NCBI RefSeq assembly: GCF_006345805.1
Contig: NC_043005.1
Coordinates: forward strand, 78,306,001-78,370,000
DNA: 64,000 bases
Direction: 5' to 3'
Source of the DNA: Octopus sinensis
Taxonomy: Eukaryota
A program made the position numbers and the translations under genes. Below the pieces are notes generated by a model that saw only the letters and a list, made by a program, of their open reading frames with translations, was not told the origin of the DNA and made no database searches. The stretch's first letter is position 1; each line of letters opens with the position of its first letter. Below are positions 37,001-50,500 of this stretch, one piece after another.

Positions 37001-40000
37001 GCAAGAGTCGATGTAATCAACCACACTTTTCATGAAAGTGCTCCAGCATGGCCACAGCTTAATGACTCATAGCCATAAAAGGATAAGTTGACATATTTCA
37101 GTATTTTAAAGTTTACATTGTTTCTGTGAAATCCATTTTGTTTGCTTTTAAATTTACATTTTAATTAATTTCTTAATTTTTCTTTTAGGAGGAAAGTTTA
37201 AATAAACTGGTGAAACTGGATTTAAAAAACAGCGGTGATGATTATGTCTTGGATTTCCGGCATCCTTCCGTCATGGTAAGGCACCATCTCAGTTTCTATT
37301 TAGTGATGTTCCATTGTTGAATTCTCTCTATTTATCTTTATTTGTGTCTTTGTTTCCCTTATGAAATAATACCATTAAAGCTGAGCTCTAATTGTGGAGT
37401 GTACCTGTGGAAAGGGTAGTCCCAGGAAGACCAGGATTGAAGTGGTAAGAAAAGATCTTCAGACGTTAGGCCTCACTGAGGAAATGACAAAGGACTGGAA
37501 GATGTAGCAATCTACTGTACTCAATAAGACACGTCAAGCTAAGAAAAATCACTGTCTTCCACATATACAGGCATGTCCCCCAGGTACTGCAGGTGCCACT
37601 TAAAAAGCACCTGTGCCGGTGCTATGTAAACGCACCTGTGCTGGTGGAATGTAAAAAGCACCCACCACACTAAGCGTAGTTGGTATTAGGAAGGGCATCC
37701 AGCTGTTGAAACCATGCCACAACAGACAATTGGAGTCTGGATAACTCCCTGCTACCCAGCTCCATGTCAAACCATCCAACCCATGCCAGCATTGAAAGCG
37801 GACATTAAATGATGAGGATGATATGTATGTGGCAGGATTGGTAATATGGATGGTGTGTGAGTCTTCAATCATGAACATATTTTTTTTCCATGTTTCCCTG
37901 AATTTTTTGATTCTTGTTATTTTCAATGAAAATTTTTTTTTAAGGTCTGAAAAATCCTTGATGTTATTTTCTAATGACGATGATGATGCTGATTTTTTCT
38001 CTCTTTCTCTCTCTTTTTCCAGTATGTAAATGATTTGGAAAAGGATGTAAAATACCGGCGCTGGCCTAACAGCATTCAAGAAATGTTGAGACCCACTTTT
38101 CCTGGAATGTTAAGGCACATTGCTAAGAATATTTTCCATATGGTATGTAGTACTCTTTCTGTCCATTTACTGATTTCAAGCTTTGAACCATGGCCATGCT
38201 GGGGCACTGCCTGCAAACCTTTTCATTGGTTATGTTAGTCTCAGTATCTAGCTTATTGTTCTTGATTTATATATAATATATAATGCACCTGTTGTCTTCA
38301 GTGCTCAAGATGCACGATGACTGATCAGAAAAAGTAATCAAAAATGCATGAACTGTATGTAGAATATGCATAGGAAGTGAACCGTGAAAAAGTATTTTAA
38401 AAAATAAGAAACAAATAGCTAAGTATAGATTGGTGTAAAGAACTATAAGCCCAGATGAAATAAATATGGCAAGTTACTTTTATTCTTTTTCTAGCAATCC
38501 CTTAATACATACTCATACACACATGCACAATCATATCATTTTTAACCCCTACTTCTCTTCCCTGTTTGCATGGGTGAGATGGAATTGAGGCATATTTTTT
38601 ACATTTTACTTGCCCTTCTTGTCATCAACCCTCACTTGTCTCCAAGCAACATGTTATTTTCACAGAAAATTATAAATAAATGGCTTCGCTTGTTTGATGG
38701 TAACGCCTGTGTATTACTATCATGCAATATCAAGGAGAGGGAAAATATCAAGGAAAGCACACACACACACACACACATAAATTCATTCTTAAACATTCAG
38801 TGTCCTCCCTGGGTGCTGCAAAAATCAACAGAATTATTCGGAGACCCCCTTTGGTCACAAATGACCATGGTATTGCACCTAGAAAGTTACCCTCCAAGGT
38901 AGAAGTCCGGGCAAGGTTGTTTATGGAATACCAGTAGTCACCTGTGCATACCGGCCTCCCCTCTCCATGCCACCGATGTCATCCAAGGAAAAGGCAAAGG
39001 CCAATACAGCTTGGCACCTGTGATGTCACAACTCATTTCTGCAGATGAGTGAACTGGAGCAACGTGAAATAAAGTGTTTTGCTCAAGAACACAACATGCA
39101 GCCCCGTCCTGGATTCGAACTCACAACCTCACAGTTGTAAGCTCGACGCTCTTAACACTGCCTTTACAGAATTACTAGAGGTTTAGCATCAACCCAACCA
39201 TGACCCTTTACCTGATTATAAAACAGTTAAATGCAACAACAACTGAAATAAATACAGTTCTATATTTTAGAGATGAAGAATTATGTACATTATTTACATT
39301 TGACAGATATTTGTCCTCATCTTGTTTGTTGCTAACAAGATGAGGACAAATATCCGTCAAATGTAAATAATGTAAATAATAACTGAAATTTTTGTGGCAT
39401 TTATAATATCCTGTGTTTGTCTTCGTCCTTGCAGGTGTTTGTGCTCGATCCGTCTAAGTCCTCCAGCCGAGACTTGTTGAAGATAGCTGAAGCGTTCTTT
39501 GTCCACAGTGCACCTGTCAGGTTGGTATTTGCAAGATATTACTGCTTATTTGTGTCAACCTTCTCTTGAGCTAAAAATCACTCCACAGGGTTGCTGTTTA
39601 GTTTATCTTGAACTTCAAGGCTTTTTATATCAGTCACATTAAGCATATGTATGCTGGTTTACTGCCCTGTGTGTGTGTGTGTTTTAGTGTGTACATATGT
39701 GAAGGTGTGTGGCCTAGTTGTTAAGATATTGCACTGGTGATCACTAGATCATGAGTTCAATTCCCAGACTGAACAGCCTCTTGTGTTCTTGAGCAAAACG
39801 CTTCATTTCACATTGCTCTTATTCACTCACCTGTAAATGGCTAACCATGAGACAGAATAGCTCCTGATCTGGAGGAATGTTGGCTTGCTTGCCTAGCTAG
39901 CAGGGTGGCATCATTCGAAAGATAAAGCAAAGCAAAGGGCATTGTGATCAGTGATGTATAACAATATCTGAAAATCTGGTTGATTGTGTGATATATATAT

Positions 40001-43000
40001 ATATATATATATAGGCCCAGGAATGGCTATAGGTGCAGGAGTGGCTGTGTGGTAAGTAGCTTCCTTACCAACCACATATTTCTTGGTTCAGTCCCACTGT
40101 GTGGCACATCGTACAAATATCTTCTACTATAGCCTCAGGCTGACCAAAGCCTTGTGAGTGGATTTGGTAGACAGAAACTGAAAGAAGCCCGTCATATATG
40201 TATGTGTGTGTATTTGTATGTGTGTGTATATGTTTGTGTGTCTGTATTTGTCCACCCCCCCCCCCACATCGCTTGACAACCAGTGCTGGTGTGTTTACGT
40301 CCCTGTAACTTAGCGGTTTGGCAAAAGAGACTGATAGAATAAGTACTAGGCTTACAAAGCATAAGTCCTGGGGTCTATCTACTCGACTAAAGGTGGTGCT
40401 CCAGCATGGCTGCAGTCAAATGACTGAAACAAATAAAAGAGAGAGTAAAAGAGTATTGTATGACTGTTAGAAACCCAGTTATGATTACAGAAATGAATGA
40501 TGGTTATTTTTCTGTTGTCAAGGATGTATTCTCACCTTTAGTATTGTTACATTTGAAGGATTGGACTTGTTTTTGCTGTGAATACGAGTAAAGAGGCAAA
40601 TGGTTATTCTGATTCTGGTGTTGCTATTGCAAGAGCCTTCCAGTACATCAAGATTGACCAGGATGCAGCTGCAGCTCTGTCATTCATCACAGACGTAAGT
40701 AGCTTTTTTCTATCATCTGTTGTTTTTAACCCTTTTCATACCAAAAATCTTTAAGACCTGTCCCGATGCTGTGATACAAACATTGTGTTTTAAAGTGATC
40801 TAAATTAGAATTCTCCAAAGATTCATGATAATTTAAGTTCCAAACATCAGCCTAATACCAACAAAGTTGTTTTACTAAATTCTTATTCAGTTCTATATTA
40901 AAGAGATGAGGAATTATGTACATTATTTATATTTATATCTTACAAACAATAACTCTGAGCATCTTTTCAAACTCCATCCCTTACAAACAATAACTCTGAG
41001 CACCTTTTCAAACTCCATCTGTCTAACACCCGTGGACATCTTTACAAAGTCAGAAAACAGCACAGCTCCCATGATTTCAGAAACATTTTTTCACACTATG
41101 AGTTGCTGAAGCATGGAACAAACTGCCGGCATCAGTTGTTAGTTGTCAGAGCACTGCATCCTTCAAAACGTCCATGCTTTCTGAGATTCACCAACACTAC
41201 ACCTGATTTTCTCCCCTCCATACACACGCAAGCATGTATCTGACTCATACACTGTTCACTTTCCAGACATTTGTACATTACTGCATATACTTTATACGCA
41301 CTTTTGACAAGTTGTGGTGCACCTAAGCACTGTATACAATAATTTCATTATTATTATTATTTGACGGATATCAAATGTAAATAATGTAAATTATTATTTT
41401 CAAAATTTATGGACATGAAGACTGCATTTCAACAGAAATTCTGTAACGAAAGGCTTAAAATAACAAGAAACATTGTCAGTACGGACAACAAAATTATAAT
41501 CACCATGATGTTATGCTGGTTGGGGAGCAGTACCTCACATTTAGTTGTCTGACCTGCTAAAAATAACAACCAAATTTCCCTCAGATTACACCTCATTTTT
41601 TGCAAAATAGAAGGATGCATTGAATAATGTGTCCTGAGATGTTGTCTGAAAATAAAACGGCATGGTCATGTCAGGCATGACTGCTTGAGCAGCATTTAAT
41701 TTTGTATTATTCTGTAATTGTTTTATTTTTGGGCCATCCTGCAACTAAGATCCTCTTCATTAGTCAGGCAAACTGTGGCCTGTGGGTCGTTCCAAATGGC
41801 ACACCAGTGGAAAACTACCCTGAATCTTTTTTAAAGGAGTGGCTATGTGGTAAGTAGCTTGCTTACCAACCACATGGTTCTGGGTTCATTCCCACTGTGT
41901 GGCACCTTGGACAAGTGTCTTCTACTATAGCCTCGGGCTGACAAAAGCCTTGTGAGTGGATTTGGTAGACGGAAACTGAAAGAAGCCCGTTGTATATATG
42001 TATATATATATGTGTGTGTGTGTGTATATCTTTGTGTGTCTGTGTTTACGTCCCTGTAAGTTAGCGGTTCAGCAAAAGAGACTGATAAAATAAATACTAG
42101 GCTTCCAAAGAATAAGTCCTGGGGTCGATTTGCTCAACTAAAGGCGGTGCTCCAGCATGGCTGCAGTCAAATGACTGAAGCAATTAAGAGAGTAAAAGAG
42201 AGCGTGGCCCACCTGATGATGAGCTATGATTATGCAGCCTACTTCTTGAAAAAAGATTGCCCATACCTGCTTTATGTAGACATTTGATGCCCTAGAAATA
42301 GCAGGCAGGTCTCTCAGCAACTAAACCTTACAGTCTTTATAAAACACACAGGATATTGTAGTCCTAGATACACTATTACACAATCCTGTTAACACACACA
42401 CACGTGTGCATGTACATGCACATAGACCTCCTCACGCATGCATACACACTTCTTCACACCCTCCACACACACCTCAAATGTCTCACATAAACCTCACACC
42501 CGCCTCACTTATACCCTCACCCCTCCCAAGTATGCTTGTAATCTGTATGATCCAATTATTTTTTTTTACCTTCACAGCTCTATGACAAACAAAAAGACGA
42601 CCTGACCTCTAAGTTCATCTCCACAGAATTTGCAAGCCGCTTCAATGATGAAGATTTGAATAAAGTTTTTGGAGATGACGATGATTATGACGACCTACGT
42701 AAAGTAAGTTGGTTTATATGTACACATCGTTTGTTTCATTAATGTCTGTTTTTCCATGCTGGCATGGGTCAGATGTGGACTAAGTTGAGGTAGCATATAT
42801 GGCCGGAAGTCTTTTTTATTGCCAACCATTATCTGTTTTGTTTTTGTATTTGGTTTGCAGGATTCTTTATATGAGTTTGTGTTGAAGCATATTCTGTTGT
42901 GTCTGGGGAGAGTCATTTTCTTTTTGTGCCTTATAATTTAACATTCTCACCGGTAAAATTTTAACTTATTTCTTATTTTTATTTTCCTAAAATTTTCGTT

Positions 43001-45669
43001 GCGTCTTGCAACCTTTTCAATAGTCTTGACTATTATCTATTTTTCCATTTATTCCTTTAGAATTCAGATTACTTTACCAAATCTAATACTTATTTATTCA
43101 CAGTTTTTGTTTTAATTAATCATGCATTATCTCATAGCTTTGAAGTTTCAATGATGTGATTGCTTATTTTAGGAATGACATTGCCGGGTAGGTGTGAGAA
43201 GTTGAATCTGGCCACGTTGAAGATAAAACTGGTTGACTATTTGGGTCAGATATAACCACTTTAAATGCTAAGAGGTTAAGGAACATTTTTATTTCACTGG
43301 TCTTTGAAAGTGTAGTGTGATAGGATGCAATGTCAATGAGGAAATGTAAACATCATGTCACCATTTTGAATAGATTGTGACAAGTGAAGCTATGTATTGT
43401 CAACACTCGGTGAGCATACATGCACACATACACACTCAGACATACATACACAATCCACACACATGCATGCACACACGACAAATTTTCATACATTTTTCTG
43501 TCTACCATTTCCACTCCCAAGGCCTGGGGCTAAAGTAGAAGGCTGAACCTGAGATCATGTGGTTGCAAACTGAACTTCATAACCACACAGGCCTGTATAC
43601 CAAAACATTCATCATCATCATCATCCTTTAATGTCCGTTTTCCATGCTGGCATGGGTTGGACGGTTCGACAGGGGTCTGAGAAGCCAGGAGGTTGCACCA
43701 GACCCCAATCTGATCTGGCAGTGTTTCTACAGCTGGATGCCCTACCCAGCGCCAACTACTCTGAGAGTATAGTAGGTGCTTTTTACGTTCCACTGGCACA
43801 GGGGCCAGAGGGAACTGGCAATGACCATGCTTGGTTGGTGTTTTCTATGTGCTACCGGCATGGAAGCCAGTCAAAGCGGCACTGGCATCGGCCACATTCG
43901 GATGGTGCTTTTTATGTGCTACCGGCACCGGGCTTACAACTACAATTTCCATTTGATTTGATTTTGATATTGCTGATGTTGATGTACTTGACTCAATAGG
44001 TCTCCTCAAGCACAGCATGTCGCCCTACGATCCAAGGTACTTTTGAGTGGGCTGGTTATGCGATACTGGTGTAGGTTACTGCTGTGGACCCACTTTATTT
44101 GCCAGGTCTTCTCAGTCACAGCATACCTCCTGAGGCCTCGGTCTTTTGTCATTGCCTCTGTGAGGCCCAAGGTCATTGCCGAAATTTGAAAGAACACACA
44201 TATTCTCTCTCTCTCTCTCATGCTCTCATATACATGTACACACTATATCAAATGTTGACCAGGTTGACAGCTGAAACAGCCATGTTGTACCCAGTCAGAG
44301 TAATTACTTAATTTGCATTAATGCAATTTTTCGGCATTTGTACTTATTCCATTTTCCATTTAATTCTCCAGTCAGCAGATGACTTTTTAGGCCGTTCCGG
44401 TTTAAGCGATTTCCCTCAGGTTTTACTTAATGGAATTCCATTGAAGAAAAAATACCTCAATGCCGATATGCTTGAAGAAGCTGTGGTCACTGAAATTCTC
44501 CAGGGTACCCATGAAGTCCAACGAGCTGTCTATCATGTAAGTAATTGTTTCCCATTGGCTTTTCATTGCTTATTGATTAACTCTTCAGCATTCATATTAC
44601 TCTGTCAAATGTAATTCTTATTTAGGATCTTTACCTTTTGACCTACAGATTTAAAAAAATTATTTTTGTAACTAAACACTTTCAAACTTTGGACACTGGT
44701 AGAATGTGTCATATAAAACATCTTTTACTCTTAGCATTTTTGAGAAAAACTTATATTTACAAAGTTATTTCACGTTAAATTTGTCCTATTTCGGTAATTT
44801 CAACCAATGAATGACGTGTATTCAGCTGAATAAAATTACTGCTGTTGTTTGTCAACAAGAACTTCCGGCAGTGTATATTTCATTTGTCACTGGTATTTAT
44901 GACAACCCTAACCCTAAAACCCTAAACCCCTAACCCTAACACCCTAACCCCCTAACCCTAACACCCTAACCCTAACACCCTAACCCTAAAACCCTAACCC
45001 CCTAACCCTAAAACCCTAACCCTAAAACCCAACCCCTTAACCCTAAAATCTTAAAACCAGTACAAATGCACAAGCGATGTCATAACTAACAGTGACAAAC
45101 GAAAAATACACTGCCGATAGTTGTTGTTGACAAACAATGGCAGTAATTTTATTCAGCTGAATACTTGTCATTGATTAGTTGAAATTACCGAAATACAAGT
45201 CTCCCAGCACCACTTAACTGGTGTTGATGTGTTTACATCCCCCATAACTTAGCAGTTTGGCAAAAAAGCACTGATAAAATAAGTACCAGCCTTAAAAGAG
45301 AAATAAGTACTGGGACTGATTCATTTGACTTGAATTCTTGAAGCATGGGCTGCAGTCTAATGACTGAAACCAGTAAAAAACAAAAGGTGGTGGCGGTGGC
45401 AGTGGTATTTATAATACTTTCATAAAAAGTTTCCATTTCTTGATCTTATGAATGTTTGTATTGTTTTTGATGCTTTTGATCTGTTTTTTTTTGTCTGTTT
45501 TTGTTTATTTAGGGTGAATTGTCCGACAGCAATAATATATTGGATTGGCTGATGGAGAAGGACAATGTGTTGCCACGTATCAACTCACGGATTTTGTCTG
45601 CACCTCTGATGTATTTAGACCTCACTGAGAGTGCTGGTTGGTAGAGTGCTTCCTCTCATTCGTATGATG

Positions 45670-45703
<34 letters not shown>

Positions 45704-46523
45704 TAGTAGTAGTTTCAGATTTTGGTACAAGGCCAGCAAATTTGGGGAAAGGGGAAATTCAGTTACATCAACCCCAGTGCACAACTGGTACTTATTTATT
45801 CAACCTCTGAAAGGATGAAAGGCAAAGTTGACCTCGGCTGAATCTGAACTCAGAACATAAAGAGCTGGAACTAATGATGTGCATTTTGCCCAGTGTGCTA
45901 CCAACTCTGTCATCTTGTCTTCTTAGTAGTAGTAGTAGTAGTAGTTGTTTTTTTCTTTTTTCGCCACAAGGGCAGTAGTTTTGGGAGAGGGGATGAGTTG
46001 GTTACATCGACCCCCATTGTTCAACTGGTAATTATTTTACTGAACCCGAAAGAGTGAAAGACAAAATTGACCTTGGCAGAATTTGGACTCAGAACACAGC
46101 AACAGGCGAAATACCACTAAGTATTTCATCCAGCATGCTAACGATTCAGCCAGCTCACCACCTTAATAATGATAATAATAATCTTTTCTACTCTAGGCAT
46201 GAGGCCAGAAATTTTGGGGGAGGAGGCCAGTTGATTAGATTGACCCCAGTATGCAACTGGCACTTGATTTATCAACCCCAAAAGAATGAAAGGCAAAGTT
46301 GACCTTGGGAGAATTTGAACTCAGAATGTAAAGACAGACAAAATACCGCTAAGCATTTTGCCTCGTGTGCTAATTTTTCTGCCAGCTTGCTGCCTTAATA
46401 TTGAGGATGATGATAATATAATAATATTGCCTGATGCAGTACCAGACAGCGTCTCTCATGCTCCTGATCTTAACTGATTGGAAGTGTTTCATGTACATTG
46501 TTTTGTCTTGGTATAAAAGATGG

Positions 46524-46566
<43 letters not shown>

Positions 46567-46778
46567 AATGAAGCTCATTACCTAATTGTACTCTTGTCAT
46601 ATAATCTTTTACTATGCTTGTCTTACTTTAACTAATCCTTTTTCTGAGCATGTGTATATTGAGTTCTAACACGACTATTAACTGCTGTGCCTAAGCAATA
46701 TATATATATATTCCATATTTGCTCAAATATATGTGTAGCTCTGTTAGTGTATGTGGTGTGTGTGTGTCTATATATGTA

Positions 46779-46820
<42 letters not shown>

Positions 46821-47472
46821 TAACAGAGCTATACATATATTTGAGCAAAATATGGAATCTTATGAATCATTGGTGGTCTGCAGCAGCAGCAATTAGTCCA
46901 AAGAGGTCACTAAGTCTAGCTGCTTTGTAATACATACTAACAGTACTCCACATATACTGATTACTTTATACCAATACTCTGTAAAAAAAAAACTCTCCTA
47001 AATTGGTTTCCTATTACCAATTCCATTTAGAATAATTTTTGTTTCTCAAAGTATTTTACGATTAATTTTTTTTTTTTTCATTTAATTTTCATTTTTTCCT
47101 TCTTTAATTCAAAGCCAAGGATGTTTTCCATGATGCTGATCTTTTTGGTGCCTTGTCTAACAAAGAAATGTCTTCGCAAATGGCAAAGAACATCTTCTAT
47201 ATGTCCAGGAAAGGTAAATTATCTTCATATATATATATATATATATATAACTTATAAACAAGGGCAAAAAAAAAAATTATTTCTATGCCAATATGCTGAT
47301 AACAGACTTTAAATCGTCAATTTCCACATTTCAGTATACATTCACGATAAATAGACTTTTCTTTTCTTTTTCTTTTGCCCTTGTTTATAAAATTTTAACC
47401 TTTAAAGGTATTTTAATATGCTGTCACTTTTGATGAAATTTTTTCTGAAAATGATATTATCCTATATTAGTA

Positions 47473-47515
<43 letters not shown>

Positions 47516-50500
47516 TGTTAAAGCATTGCTCTTGTTTCTTGTACACATTATGCTAAATGTTGTCAATTTGATTTCTGAACTGAGAAACTTTCAGTGATAT
47601 TACTTTCCTCATTACCACAAAGAAACTGCTGTGGGGGACAGCAATTGTTTCTCGGAGTAGAAAAGCTGTTTAGATCAAATGGAAATTGTAGTTGTGACCC
47701 CCATGCCAATGGCACGTAAAAAGCACTATCCAAATGTGGCCGATGCCAGTGCCGCCTTGACTGGGTTCCGTACTGGTGACACTTAAAAAACACCATCCTA
47801 TTGTGGTCGATGCCAATTCCTCTGACACCTGTGCTGGCGGCACGTAAAAAGCACCCACTACACTCTCAGAGTGGTTGGTATTAGGTAGGGCATCCAGGTA
47901 TAGAAATACTGCCAGATCAAATTGGGGCCTGGTACAGCTTCCTGGTTTCCCAGACACCAGTCAAACCGTCCAACACATGTCAGCATGGAAAACGGAGTTA
48001 AATGATGATGATGATATATATATATATATATATATACAAGCGAAAAATGTGTGGTGTTGTGTGTGTGTGTAGATGCACACATATCTGCTGCTCTTTCCTT
48101 CCTTCTCTCTTTCTTTTCTTTCTTTTCTCTGTGTCCTTCCTTTCTTTCTCTTCCTTCTCTTTCTGCGAGATTTAGCTACTATTTCTGGCAGGTCAAACAG
48201 CTAAATAGAGGCTATTTTCTATATTGTTTATTCATTTAATCTGTTGAAAACATACCTTCATCTCCACTCCACTGCCATTGACAACATCACCACCAGCACC
48301 ATTACCCACCATCCGAGCATCATCAATGCCACCAGAACCACTATCAACAGCATCTCGAGTTAGAGTAGCACTCCGAACCCCACCAGCGCCACTACCAAAA
48401 GCACCTCCAACACCACTATCAACAGTACTTCCAGTCCCACCACCACCATCTCTGCCAGCACCAAAACCATCATCATAACCACCACTTCTACCATCACCAT
48501 CACCAACAGCAGCAAAACCACCACCATCACTACCTCCACCTACCAGTATCACTATTAGCACCCAGCCACATCAGTGCCAGCATTATCATCATCACTAACA
48601 CAATTAGGTCCTCCACCGCCATCATTAATACCAAATAACGAGTATTTTAGTTTTTAACTTTGCGTTATTTTTTTTCGCTACAGATGAATCCGTCAATCTT
48701 CGCCCTATATCAATATGGATTGTCACAGATTTGGAAACGGTTAAAGGGAGACAACTTGTTTTTACGGCAATTAAAACTCTGGTATGTATGAAATTTCCAC
48801 TGAAGTCAACGTTTTACCATTCCTTTTCTTTCCCTTTAACAATAAAAAACAGTTACAAAATTCCTTTTTCAATATTTTCTGTGTATTTTAAGGCTGCGTT
48901 TGTTTTATTTTTTGCTCCTGAGTTCTGCTTTTTTTTTAATACCATTTGGGTGTTAGATTTAATCTAACATTTAGTGTAATATCACCACCTGACCCTTTGA
49001 ATGTCCACTTTGATGACAGCATTTTGGCCAGGTTCCCAATCTGAGGATACTTTTGTCATTCCCTTTTACCAGTCTTGGAGATCTCACGAAAAGTTTTTGG
49101 CACTGTCTTCCTATCCGAATAAAAAGAAAAAAAGATAACAAAATCACAAAGATGCTTAGCTTTTAATTATTCTCATCGTTTGTTCGTTTAACGTCCGCTT
49201 TCCATGCTAGCATGGGTTGGACGATTTGACTGAGGTCTGGCAAACCAGATGGCTGCACCAAGCTCCAATCTGATCTAGTGGAGTTTCTACTGCTGGAAAC
49301 CCTTCCTAACGCCAACTACTCTGAGAGTGTAGTGGGTGCTTTTACATGCCATCGGCATGAGGGCCAGTCAGGCGGTACTGGCAATGGCCACGCTCAAATG
49401 GTGCTTTTTATGTGCCACCTGCACAGGAGCCAGTCCAGTGGCACTGGCAACCACCTCGCTTGAATGTTTTTTCACATGCCACCAACACAAGTGCCAGTAA
49501 AACAATTAGCAGTTGGCAGTTACTGATATGATATAAAAGTCTACTCCTTCAATGGGTACCCTCCACAATTAGAGATCAGCACTTCTTCATGCAGCTGTCC
49601 TCATCCATATACATCGCATGACCAAATCAGCGTAGTCTTCTCTCTTGCACACATTTGATGCCTCTTATACCCAGCTTTCCTCTTAAATCATTTCCACTCT
49701 GCCATGCATGCACACTGACATAAAAGGCGGTGAGCTGGCAGAATTATTAGCACACTGGGCGAAATGCTTAGCAGTATTTTGTCTGCCGTCACATTCTGAG
49801 TTCAGATTCCGCCGAGGTCAACTTTGCCTTTCATCCTTTCGGGGTCGATAAATTAAGTACCAGTTACGCACTGGGGTCAATGTAATTGACTTAATCCGTT
49901 TGTCTGTCCTTGTTTGTCCCCTCTATGTTTAGCCCCTTGTGGGTAATAAAGAAATAATATTTATTAGCACACTGGGCAAAATGCTTTGCAGTATTTCTTC
50001 TGCCGTTACGTTCTGAGTTCAAATTCTGCCGAGGTCAACTTTGCCTTTCATCCTTTCAGAGTCAATAAATTAAGTACCAGTTATGCACTGCGGTCAATAT
50101 AATCAACTTAATCCCTTTGTATGTCCTTGTTTCTCCCCTCTATGTTTAGCCCCTTGTGGGCAATAATGAAATAAGAACATGCTAGCTTCATTTCTTTCAA
50201 ACCTTTGCATGTCCACCTGGGAAGATTTTCTTGAGGGGACCAAAATCTCAGTCTTTGCAATACTGAGTTGCAACACTCATCATTAAAACCCATTTGATTT
50301 TATAAGGTTTGACAAAATGTTAGTTTTTATCTTCCATTCTTAATAATATCTTTTGTGTGTTTTCCACAATATCCTTACCAATTTGGTATTTTCTGTGCTT
50401 TTTTTCAGAGATTTTCTAGTAGCTTGAGGGTTGGAATAGTTTTTAATCCCAGTGATTCCAAAGCAAAAAATGCCATGAACAAAGCCATTCATGTTGCTTT

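Noticed and set aside
44372-44378. Tandem acceptors cag|tcag|cag at exon 18
   Set aside because: The alternatives shift the frame by 4 or 7 nt; only 44372 keeps it
44905-45050. True telomere or chromosome fusion site
   Set aside because: Degenerate, single-orientation tract inside an inverted-repeat element within a continuous gene
48232-48561. Gly-rich (minus) and Pro/Thr-rich (plus) ORFs
   Set aside because: Degenerate trinucleotide low-complexity tract inside intron 20
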